This document shows positions 13,046 through 24,540 of a stretch of 64,000 nucleotides of DNA, piece by piece; within the stretch, counting starts at the first letter, position 1, and each line of letters opens with the position of its first letter. The notes beneath the pieces are model-generated. The model was not told where the DNA came from. It made no database searches and was given only the letters and a program-made list of their open reading frames with translations. Made by a program: the position numbers and the translations under genes. The DNA is from Antedon mediterranea (Eukaryota > Animalia > Echinodermata): the NCBI RefSeq assembly GCF_964355755.1, contig NC_092671.1, positions 38,078,304-38,142,303 on the forward strand. Direction: 5' to 3'.

Positions 13046-15849
13046 CATGCTTTTATGAATACAATTTTTGCTTGTTATAGCGCCCCCCCCCCCCTATATA
13101 GTATAATATTTCAACACCAAAATACGTTGCATAGGGACGACCCGGGATACATCTAGCACATAATCCTATCCGTTGTTACTATCTATACCATATTTTTGTT
13201 TGAATAGCAAAAATGCAATAACACTTAGTATGTATCCAAAATGGGATGTGTCGTCCTTGTCCACCTTGCAGATATGATTGTGTAATCCAGAATAAAAGAT
13301 ACTGTCTTCTAAAAAACAACACATTTTGTCCGATGATATTGGATGTACGATCGTGTCTATAGCTGATGATGACACTACTTCCACAGATTGAAGTTAATTT
13401 AGAATTCTCAGCAATAATATTATGACTTATTTTTATTTTTGTAAATGGACTTACTACCGGTACTACTACAGAATGCCGTTTTTCGAGTGTAAGGTCCATG
13501 CTGCTTTTGGCTAAATAAATGTGAATTTGAATTGAATTTACACAAAAAAAATGTTTCGTGTTACAAAATATACATATTATTACCAGCCGTTCAATATCAC
13601 ATTAGCAAACAGTTTTTTGATTAAAAAAAAAAATTATTTGCACATTTAACATCAACATTTGTTACATATAACGGCGTCATGTTTGGGTGATTATTTTTTG
13701 CCGATTTGAACCTATAATTTCCCTAAAAAACAACACAAGTGTAGAAATCAATTGATACATCAATTGCACATTGAGGGTGGCAATTTTGCACAAAATAATG
13801 TGGTTGTCAGCACATATTGACGGCGGATTTTGTCACAAGTGCTGTTTCTACAAAATATATGACCAAAACTACTTCTAAGCAGCTCTGGTTAGGGATGACC
13901 ACATTTTGCACAAACCCTCTTTACATTAGTTACCAACTATCAATTTTTAATTCAATAAAAACATTGGCAAACATACAATGTAAACGGAACGGAATAAACA
14001 GAGATGAAAGAAACACATTTATGCGATGAGGCCCTACAAAGACTTTTCAAAAAGGTTCCTACGCAGATTGTAAACGTACCGCTGAAATAGTTAACTAGCT
14101 ATATTTACATTGTTCAAACATATAAGATATAATATTCTCATTTCACACAATAATTGTAGATTTTGACAACAGATCATGGCGTTTGGAAAACCTTCCTGTT
14201 ATATTTGCGAGTTAATTTTGCTGTTGGTATTGGGTTTTGAAATAAAATTCAGACAATTTAAAAACTATTGCGATTATTAAGTCATAGAAAGGACATTAGA
14301 AAAAATAGCACGATCAGATCTTTCGCAAAATGTCTGTATAGTCGGAATCTGCCTAGCTTATTGCCTGCCTGCACCACCACACACCTGCAGTTTTTACATG
14401 TATTTGTTTTTAGTTCTTATCTTATATTTTTCTTAGCAAAGTTTGATAATTTTTCTTTTCCAAATTTATATAGGCCTTTTTTATGGGAAAATAATAATAT
14501 GGTTGTTGACATTCCATGAAGAAATTACATTCGCCTTTCACCATTTATCCATCTTCTTCAACGTCTTTTTAAATGGAAACAAGTCTCTCGTAAATATTAT
14601 GCGTTTTAATTCTCTGAATTGTAGTGGGCCAAGATGCGTACAGTAGTTATTATGAGTCTAGGAAGGGAGGTGCGGTCTGGATGATGGTGTTACACCCGTG
14701 TTAATTCGATTCGGTCATACATAACTTGAAGAACCAGTATTCAATTTGGCAACAACGTAATTGAGGAAAGCGTTGTTTTGGTTTTTTTTCAATAATATAT
14801 TTTCAAATAACACTTGGGATGAAATTTATTCTAAAATGTCTCAAAAACGTCACACAATGTGGGATGCCAATACAATTCAGCTCCACCATCCTCTAGGGAA
14901 GAATGAGTAAATATTTTCTGATTCTGACTAATCACAAACGTGGCCGTTTTCCGCTGTTAAAGTTTGGAAAGTGAAATTATTATCTTGTAGACGCAAAATG
15001 GATTTTTTCCTTCTTAATCTAGTTAACAATAACATAAAGTCGAAAAATATATTTTGCCATTTGTGATGGCATAAAACATAAAACTTAAAATTCAAAAGTT
15101 TGATAAATGTATGACGATTGAGGGCGCACTTTATGTTATGGAAGGCCGTTTTTATTTGATATTTTTAAACACATTATCTGTAAATATTTCAATTTATATT
15201 TGGATTTCTTTATTATGTCATATATTTCATTGAGTATTTATTGTAAATTAAATTTACATTATTCTATAAACAGTCAATTATAGGTTTTATAGCATATTTG
15301 TCAACGGGCGCTGATGGCGTATCGTAATTTCGGTCACGCTCCATCGCATTTGTGGTAAAAAATTTACGACATGAGTGGAAAAAATTGCGTATAAAAGTCA
15401 CATTTTCTCGTTAAATTACAGATTTTTAATGACGCAACATAAAAAAACGATCTTTTCTATATATTTGGAACCTCTGTGTGAATGTCATTAGGGTACAAGG
15501 GGGAGGTGGGTGTTATTTAATGGGGAGGGAGATTTTATTATCACTCACAGAGATAAGACTAAGAGCAGTTGTGTAGTATGGTTATAAAAGCATTACAACC
15601 CCTTACTACAATTAATATACAAAATAAAAGGATACAATCTTTTTGGTCAAATCATGGTTTAAAAATAATTACATGATGATAGTATATAAAATAAATCAAA
15701 TAAATCTGTGTGTTGGTATCATTGATGGACCTATAAATTATAATAGGTTTAAGATCAGATATAATATATATTTTATTCGTCCAATAATTTGTGGAAATTT
15801 GCTTTCCTTTGGCATACATAATATAAATGATAAGTAACAAAATTAGCGC

Positions 15850-16420
15850 CTAATTAAATTTGAAAATTGAATTTGGATAAAAAGAATTCCTATATCTTGT
15901 CATATGAGTACGCGGTACACATAATCTTATGCCAGATCTATTATATTTTAATTAATGATTTTAGAGGATGTGTTTGAATAATCTTTTGAGTTCAGCTGGT
16001 ATAAATTGTTTCTAAGGTTTCAATAACAATTTCCAATCTCCTATTATACGTTTAGCAGCTTTACATTCTTAAGTTTGTTTTTGATTGCTTTCGTCACGTT
16101 ACCATATATACAATTTAAAGTTAAAATGCATGCTAAGGACAACAGATTTGTAAAATAATATTAAAATCGTTTTATCTACGTTAAAATAGTTAAGTTTTCT
16201 TAAAAAATACAATTGCTGATTTGCTTTTCATCTGACTGAGTTGTAACATTAAATTTGTTGTCTACTATGGTAGTATCTAAATATTTGTATTCGTTAACTT
16301 CTTCAATAATTTCATTTTTAAGATATTCTAAACTATTATGTACCCTGCCGATATCAATTATCATCTCTTTGGTTTTTTTTGTTGATTACTAAATAATTCT
16401 AGTACAGTATATACTCTCAT
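15850..16420 (-). pseudogene. Old L2/Rex-Babar-type LINE 3' remnant
   Basis: Minus strand reads IIEEVNEYKYL (~16280-16310) and THMTRYRNSFYPNSI (~15865-15910), resembling the RT C-terminal motifs YKYLG and RNSFFP. Confidence 0.6.
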
Positions 16421-17418
16421 TCCAATCAATTGAGCTTCATTCAAGTTCTATTATTCTTTAATTGTAAGAAGAAAGACAAACATTTTTTTTCTTGCTAATC
16501 TGAATTAATGAAAGCAAAAGGTCAATCTCTCTTTCTGTCATTAAATATAAAAATGTTGTTGTTATACCGTACTAATTAATAGACGCTTACTATATAACTT
16601 GACAATACAATTTAATAACAAAAAACAAGATCGATTATACAAAACAATAAACACCAATGGGTAACAGGAAATACTAATTAATTGGTTAATTAACATCAAA
16701 GAAGGCCTACAATACTGAGAACTTAAGTTATTAAGCTCATCCTTCTTAATTAATAAACAATTTAGCTTTGACTGAATCGCTTTGTTTATTAAGTGTAGGT
16801 TCAGTTCTTTGATCCAGAGCATTTCCTTAATTAAACAATCACATTTGACTTATATTATGTTGCTTTAATAGCTCTGCTATGGTGCCTTTACTGAGTTGAT
16901 AAAGGTGCCAACATAATATAATATTATTATTAAAGGTGCCAACATAATATAATAGTATTTTTCACCATTATATATCGCGATCGAACGCGAAAAAATTAGC
17001 TCTAAATACATGGAATTCTTAATCAAGTTCTCATCAACTGTTTAATACACGAGTTTTACCATTGGAAAGATTTGAATTCAGGGAATCCAGAAGTATACAA
17101 GTTAAATTATAAAGAAGAATTCTAGTGGTGAGATTTTTAACTATACTTTATTTAATTTCTAAGGCTCACTCACAGATCAGTTGTGTGTATCCCAAGCTTT
17201 TACATAGGGGAAAAGCGCATCCTGTTTACTAGATACAACAATAGAAAGTCTGGCCTTGAAAAGCTAGTCCTACCAAGGAAGAGTGAAATACTGTACAGTA
17301 CTAAGAAAGCATCAAACAAGCCATGCTCATCCGGTGTTGCTCAAACAACCAAGCTATTATTTGAATAGTTCAACTTTAATTTTTTACGAACACAGTTGTT
17401 GTTTAATATAAAATCACT

Positions 17419-19011
17419 ATGGATATCGATCATAGTTTAACCATCGATGATGCTTTTACCTGTGTTTTAGACTCGAGAATATCAGAACTAAAACAACTCA
17501 GTGATAGTGATCTGCTTAAGTTTGATACTAATGATTTACTACATAATATCCGATCATCATTGATTGCCCTACTTCCAAAAGATTCAGATGAAACAGAAAT
17601 TTTAAATCATGCTTTGATCATTCAAACTAAAGTTAAGGATTTCATCAATGGCTCAGTTATCTCATCACAGTCTATTCCTGTAAGCCAACAACAAAGTACA
17701 TCATCTACGCCTGTCACTGCAGCAAGAATTAAGTGTGTACTATCTTACAAATTTGACCATATTGAAAAAGGGAAATCACTTGAGTGTAGCTTATGTCAAG
17801 AGTTATACCATCGAACATGCGTTGGTCTTAATCTAAAAGCTAACCCCAGGATTTGGATATGTGGATGCTGTAAAGATATGCCTACTAATCTCAGTAAATT
17901 GAACAACAAAACTTCTGAACTTGAAGAAGAAGTCTCAAATCTTAAGAAACTCAATTGCTCGCTTTCACTACAAATCAAGAAACAAAGTGATTCAATTGAA
18001 CGCCTAGAATTAACACTGAAGAACTAGTTACATAACAGCCATTGTATCAACCCCAGTGCGCTTCCTGTTGACTCATCAGATAAACCTATTGTTACAACGC
18101 CTAGATGCAATAAAGCAGAAACAACGGGAGCTACAAACAAATACGCTACCCTGTTGATTGGTGACTCTATCATCCGAAATGTTAGGGAAAAGGGACTCCA
18201 AGAAACCAAAGTGAAATGTTTACGTGGAGCAAAATCGTTAGATGTACATAAGAACCTGAAAGAGTTGAGCGATAATGAGAAATTTGATACCATTATTATC
18301 CATGTTGGAACAAACGACTGTTGCAATCACAATAAACTACAAGCAGGAATTGTGCATTATAGTGAAATGATTAAAAATGTAAGACAGCGTCTTCCAGAAA
18401 CACATCTGGTCCTATCTACAACATGTCCTCGTAATGACAACTCAGAACATCAACAACGTGTTGAGAAATTTAACTCAAACATCAGAGAGCTATCAATGTC
18501 TACAGCTAATTGCAAACTGCTCGACAATGATGAATCGTTTAAGCTTCGCAATGGGACAACGGTAAAGATAAATCTATGTAGTGATGGCCTTCATCTGTCA
18601 AAAGAAGGGACGCGAGTATTGCTACACAGCATTAATGCGGTTCACAAGATCATTCCGTCTCGTCCAATACGTCGCAGCCAATCACCAACCCCAAAACAAC
18701 AACAGTACACCAGTCCACGCGCTTCTAGTTCAACATCAAGAGGAACGTTCAACCGTAGTATGAAGACTTATGAAACCAACGACCACATGAAAAACCGACC
18801 TAAGCAACGAGCCCATCACAACCACAAAGGCCACGCGCGTCTAAGAACATTTGAGTGTTTAAAATGTGGATTAACAAATCATCAAACCAGAGACTGTTTT
18901 TATGCTCATCCAATTCGAAGTGCTATTTGTGGTGAGTATGTACACAAAGCATACCTTTGTCGCACACAAGATCACAAACACGCCGTCCACTTCAACAATC
19001 GTGAAGCATAG
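17419..19011 (+). CDS. LINE ORF1: PHD finger, coiled coil, SGNH/GDSL esterase, CCHC knuckles; one in-frame TAG at 18025-18027
   Basis: C..C...YH..C...W.C..C PHD; IGDS, HVGTND, DGLHL esterase blocks; CLKCGLTNHQTRDC; ORFs 17419 and 18154 share a frame. Confidence 0.88.
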
Positions 19012-22000
19012 GACAACGGCAACAGCAATGTAAGCACTAACAATAAATTCACTGTCCTATTAGACGAAGCAGAACATTTAGAGAACAATGACAATTATTT
19101 CCCTACAAATACTACATCAGCATCTACGACTGGAAGCGTTTTTAAACATCACAGACGTGGTCATGGTAAAAGAAATAAGACTGGTAAGAATATTACAAAT
19201 CATGGCAAATGTCTTTTAAATATTGGTTTCAACAATGTAAATCGATTACGCTCTAAAGTTCCAGAAATTTTAAGATTAATGAATTCGGAAAATATACACA
19301 TATTTGGAGTTGTAGAAACTTTTTTAAAAGGTGAATTAACTGATGATATTGATGGGTTCCAATGGATAGGTAAAAACAGAAGTTCAAAGGGAGGTGGTGG
19401 AATTGGTGCATTTATATCAAAAAATGTTAAGATTATTGATGACAATGTTTTGAACTCGCGAGATGATACATATGAAAGATTATGGTTCAAAATCTCTCCT
19501 GGTGAAAATCAAATTTATATAGCCGTTGCATATTTTCCTGTTGAGGGAGTAGATAATGATTTATGTGATGAATTATATAACCAATTGCTTGCTGATATAA
19601 TTTGTATCGAGAATGATCATGGGGACACCGATCCCCAAATCATAATAATGTCTGATATGAATGCTAGGATTGGTAAAGAAATCCCTTATGGCGATCCAGT
19701 TCTAAACTCAAATGGCGAGCGTCTTTTAAATGTTCGTAACGACACATGTTTAAATATTCTTAATTGTACTCGGAAATGTGTAGGTAAATTCACATGGTTT
19801 AGAAACAATTTCCAAAGTACTATCGATTATATGCTTTGTTCTGATAATTTAGTCGATTCTGTTAAAGAATTTTTAATTGATGAAGATCGAATAATGGGTC
19901 TGGGGAGTGACCATAATGTTTTATTATTAAAATTACCTGTAAAATGTGTTGGTAAAGTATACGTTAATCGTAATACCAGATATAGCTGGGACTTTAAACA
20001 AGGGCAAGATTTTGAATTATTTCATGGTAAAATAGAAGAAAAGTTTAAAGATTGGAATGCCGATTCATACCATGATGTTGACATGCTTTGGGAATCATGG
20101 AAACAAAATTTAATTGAAGCGGCCCGCGAAGGAATTGGTGTACGTAAACAAAAAAATAGTAATAAATGCAATGCTTGGTTTGACAAGGAAGCCGAAACTG
20201 CTATAAAACAAAGAAGAGATGCAGCTCGTCTTCATAGAAAATGGGCAAAGAATAAAAGTAATTTAGATGAAGGGGAGAAGCTATGGCAAAGCTATCTTGA
20301 TAAGAAAAATCATACAAAGAATCTAATTAGAAATAAGATTACTGAAATGCAAGTAAATAGATCGATTGATATTGACAACAAAGGTGGTCGTAATTGCCGT
20401 GACTTTTGGAAAGTGCTTAAAGGAAATAAGCGCAAAAATGACACTGTACAATGCCTAAACATACCGGGCACTAATGAAATAACTTGTGACCGAAATAAAA
20501 TGAACTATACCGTCTTAGAGTATTGGAGTACACTAGGAAAGATGAATAGAAATTTAAATTCCGAGTATGATAAAGATAATTTCGTTAATAACCTTAAAAT
20601 AAATGACTGTAGGCAAAACGTTGAGGATAGCACTAAATCAATAGTTGACATTAAACTCACATTAGATATAGTTAAATCTGCTATCTACCAATCAAAAAAC
20701 AACAAATCTGCTGGTTCTGACAATATATCTAATGAATTACTTAAAAACGGTGGGACGATTTTAAATAGATTAATGTTATCACTATTCAAAAAAATTGTTA
20801 GTCTTGAAAAAGTACCGTCGGAATGGAATAGTAGCATTGTTGTACCAATATATAAAAAGGGTGATAGAAGGGACCTAAATAACTTTAGAGGAATATCTTT
20901 AACATCTTGCGTTTCTAAAATATTCAATAGAGTTGTACATTACACAGTTTCCGACTTCTTAGAAGAAAACAATACCCTTTCAGAAGTTCAGGGAGGATTT
21001 AGACCCCACCGAAGATGTGAAGACCACATTTTCACTCTTAAAAACATTGCTAGTTGCCGACTTGCGGAAGGCAAGAAGACTTACTTAGCATTCCTTGACA
21101 TAAAAAAAGCATTTGATAGCGTATGGAGAGATGGATTGCTAATGGCAATATGGAATATTGGAATTCGTGGTAGATTATGGAATATTATAAGTAGCTTGTA
21201 CGACAATGTTAAGGGGCAAGTAAGATTTGGTGACATTGAAACACAGTCTTTTGATATAGAAGAAGGTGTTAAGCAAGGGTGTGTCCTTTCCCCAACCCTG
21301 TTTTGCATAATAATGAACGAACTCACTAAATTATTACGAGAACACGCGTTAGGTGTGCGCATACACGATATCTGCCTTGGTAGCCTTTTTTGGGCCGACG
21401 ACATCGTACTTTTAGCAGATAGCGAAAAAGAACTCAATAAAATGTTAGATTTAGTATCCTTATTTGCTAAAAAATGGAAATTTAATTTTAATAGTGAAAA
21501 GTCAAATGTTTTGATAATAGGCCAGAATAGCGAAAAACTTTGGAAATTGGGGGATACTTTTATATCTGAAGTTGAAACATATAAGTATCTTGGTGTATAC
21601 ATCTCTAGAAATCTAAAAGAAAATTTCCACATCAATCAAGTTATTAAAAAGGGCAATAGGATCATTGCGTACATTAAATCTATTATAGATAGACTCAACA
21701 ATTTTGATCGTGTTGTATATGGAGATATCCTTTGGAGAAGTATCGGCCTTCCGACTATTAACTATGCTTGTGCTGTATGTGTCAATACAAATACTAAAGA
21801 CATACAAAGGATTGAGTCTCTTCAATTACAAATGGCGCGAACAATTCTTAAAGCGAGTAGAAGCACTGCAAAAGAGGCACTTTATGGCGATCTAGGTTGG
21901 CAACCAATTAAAGTAACTCAGGATATTTTTAAAGCAAAATATATAAGAAATGTTATGTGTATGGAAATGTATCGTTGGCCAAAACTTATATTAAACACAA

Positions 22001-22698
22001 TTATTAGACATAAGAATTTTAATTCAAGGTACCAATTTATTAATGAATTTGAAAAAACTTGTGATTATATTAAGTTCGATTTCAATGCCATTCTTAATGA
22101 TATATGTACAGGTACTGATATTGATATAAACTGGGTCAAGCCATTTGAAAATACAATTAAACAATCATATTCTACTTTTTGGAAACAAGAAGTATTAAGA
22201 AAATCATCTTTGCTTGATTACTCTTTGATAAAAGAGTCACCTAGCCTAGAACCTTACCTACTGGATAAAACAGATTTTTATGGCTCAAGTTTAAAATTTA
22301 AACTTCGTTCAAACACTTTACCACTTGGAAAAATTACAAATAAGTGGAACATTGATAATCTAAATGACAAGTGTAAGGTTTGTGGGTCAGGTGAAGAAGA
22401 TGTTAAACATTTCCTGTTTATTTGTAATAAGTTACATTGTATTAGAATGGAAGAATTACAAACACTTCAACGTAAACTTATTGCAATAAATTGTGTAGAT
22501 ACTTGGGTAAATTTTATTTCTGGTGACCTATCTATTAAGGTTCAATATGTCCTAGGAAGCACGTTATTCCATAAAAATAACTCTCACGACATTTATGCTG
22601 TATTTGACAGTTATTGTAAAATGTACACAAGCCGTGCCTGGAAATTAAGAAATTTCATTTCATTTCATTTATCTTTTTATTTCGGAATATCATGGTGA
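19012..22698 (+). CDS. pol: LINE ORF2: APE endonuclease, reverse transcriptase, C-terminal zinc finger (first ATG at 19279)
   Basis: 1139-aa ORF with GVVETFL, DMNARIG, IDYML, SDHN, QGGFR, KQGCVLSP, FWADD, YKYLG, CKVC..H..C; the frame is open from 19012. Confidence 0.95.
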   Translation, partial: DNGNSNVSTNNKFTVLLDEAEHLENNDNYFPTNTTSASTTGSVFKHHRRGHGKRNKTGKNITNHGKCLLNIGFNNVNRLRSKVPEILRLMNSENIHIFGVVETFLKGELTDDIDGFQWIGKNRSSKGGGGIGAFISKNVKIIDDNVLNSRDDTYERLWFKISPGENQIYIAVAYFPVEGVDNDLCDELYNQLLADIICIENDHGDTDPQIIIMSDMNARIGKEIPYGDPVLNSNGERLLNVRNDTCLNILNCTRKCVGKFTWFRNNFQSTIDYMLCSDNLVDSVKEFLIDEDRIMGLGSDHNVLLLKLPVKCVGKVYVNRNTRYSWDFKQGQDFELFHGKIEEKFKDWNADSYHDVDMLWESWKQNLIEAAREGIGVRKQKNSNKCNAWFDKEAETAIKQRRDAARLHRKWAKNKSNLDEGEKLWQSYLDKKNHTKNLIRNKITEMQVNRSIDIDNKGGRNCRDFWKVLKGNKRKNDTVQCLNIPGTNEITCDRNKMNYTVLEYWSTLGKMNRNLNSEYDKDNFVNNLKINDCRQNVEDSTKSIVDIKLTLDIVKSAIYQSKNNKSAGSDNISNELLKNGGTILNRLMLSLFKKIVSLEKVPSEWNSSIVVPIYKKGDRRDLNNFRGISLTSCVSKIFNRVVHYTVSDFLEENNTLSEVQGGFRPHRRCEDHIFTLKNIASCRLAEGKKTYLAFLDIKKAFDSVWRDGLLMAIWNIGIRGRLWNIISSLYDNVKGQVRFGDIETQSFDIEEGVKQGCVLSPTLFCIIMNELTKLLREHALGVRIHDICLGSLFWADDIVLLADSEKELNKMLDLVSLFAKKWKFNFNSEKSNVLIIGQNSEKLWKLGDTFISEVETYKYLGVYISRNLKENFHINQVIKKGNRIIAYIKSIIDRLNNFDRVVYGDILWRSIGLPTINYACAVCVNTNTKDIQRIESLQLQMARTILKASRSTAKEALYGDLGWQPIKVTQDIFKAKYIRNVMCMEMYRWPKLILNTIIRHKNFNSRYQFINEFEKTCDYIKFDFNAILNDICTGTDIDINWVKPFENTIKQSYSTFWKQEVLRKSSLLDYSLIKESPSLEPYLLDKTDFYGSSLKFKLRSNTLPLGKITNKWNIDNLNDKCKVCGSGEEDVKHFLFICNKLHCIRMEELQTLQRKLIAINCVDTWVNFISGDLSIKVQYVLGSTLFHKNNSHDIYAVFDSYCKMYTSRAWKLRNFISFHLSFYFGISW

Positions 22699-24540
22699 CA
22701 TAATAAAATCCATAGCAAAAGAGAGAAAAAAAAATCTTAATCTAACAGCTCATAGAACAAAAACAAAGATATGTAAAAAAATAAAGTCAATGCAACAAAG
22801 CATTCCATTGTATGTGCATTCTTGACACATTAAGAACGTGGCGATTAATGGCCATGATCAAGGAATTACTACTTGCGTTCACACGATTTTTAAAACTAAA
22901 AACAGATTTTCTAATGAACTCATCAAAGGATGGGACGTCATTTAAGACAAATATCAATTGTATTACAACTTTGAACTGTTTTATTTAAAAAAAAAGTGTT
23001 TTCTTTTCCATTGCTGTTGCAAAATTAGTAGTTGTATTAGTGTAGTTTTAGTTTGTAAATAAGTTTTGTAATAGCGTTGAGTCAAATTTTATATCATTAT
23101 CTCAAATATGTTTTATTTTCGTTTCAGTTTTTATTTTTCATTGTTTTTGTATTGAATTTTGTAATTGGTATGGACGCACCATCTACGCATGTGTGCCACT
23201 GTTAAAAAAGTGTTGTTCCAAATAAATATTATTATTATAATAATAATAGTTATTGGTTTCTCTCCTTTAAAACGGAGGAACACGTAACGAGAGGTTCAAC
23301 CCATACAAAATGTTCACAAAAAGTTATAACAATTAACAATACTGTACCATATTTGTAAAATCTATGACCTATAAACAATACATTTAAGAAATAAGTGCAT
23401 ATTAAGGACAATTGTCGATCTTAAGGACAATTGACAATGCACAATTTTCATAATAGTAAAATCTATTCTAAAGCTAAAATTTGAAAAAAAAAAACAATTA
23501 AGAAAAATGTTTATTAAGGGGTTGAAATGTTTTTTAATGTTTCCGTTGTATAGGACCTGGGTCAGATTTGTATGCATTTAATTTAGGAGAGAATATCTCA
23601 ACTGATAGGATAATTTGACCCAACGAACAACATGGAATGTGTGCCAAATTCGCTATCTGGGGCGACCATGCCCAAAATCGGGGTCAAAAGTTAAAAATGT
23701 GTGGTTCTTATATCTCGACAACCACTTGTCGTACAGATTTGCTTTTGGTGACAAATCGTTCAGAATATACATATTTATATTCAGTCTAACACAACCTCTA
23801 GCGAAAAAAATGACTGGAAATGCTTTTACTGACTTTTGACCCAAAAATGACCAAAAAACACATTCTCAGGTTTAATTATTCTTTAAAATGCCAAGGACAA
23901 ACTGTGTGGTATCAAATGAAAGCATTTGTATTGAACATTTCTAATTATGAAGCTAATTGTATGGAAAATGTGCATATTTTGATTACTTTTATACAAAAAA
24001 TGAATGGTAGCCTAATTGGTATGTTTATTTATATAATATTAAATCATTACATCATCAGTGTTTGGAAAAAAATGAGTATACAGTAAGTAGTGTAAATTTA
24101 TTTTGGTTTATTTATATTATAAAACATTTTCTAAAGTAGCTTTATTAATTTTAACTTTACAATTCAATTTGATAGCATATTTGATTGGCTTTCATTTGAT
24201 ATGTCACATATTTCATTAAAACTATAAAAATATTGATTTATTATACAAAATAAATGTACACTACTTGCACTTACGTACAGTATACAGTACTCATTTTTGT
24301 CAAAATATGCACATTTTGTTGTTAAATATCATAATTAGATTTTCAATACAAGTTGGGTAGCAATGGATAGAATATTTTTATGGGCTTTCATTTGATACTG
24401 AATAGATCTTCTAAACACTTTAATAATTTAATCATTATAAATAAACCAAAATAAATTTACACTATTTAATATACTCATTTTTGTCAAAAATTAATAAAAT
24501 ATGCAAATTTAAAAAAAAAATCTACATCATTATTCATAAT

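Larger units (their letters stand above)
16957..23242 (+). mobile_element. Near full-length non-LTR retrotransposon (RTE-X-like) with ORF1 and ORF2
   Basis: ORF1+ORF2, AATAAA plus (TAT/TAA)n tail at ~23221-23242, candidate TSD ATAATAGT at 16949-16956 and 23243-23250. Confidence 0.88.

Noticed and set aside
13100-15500. Short ORFs and possible DNA-transposon fragments
   Set aside because: No recognisable motifs, termini or repeats could be established by eye
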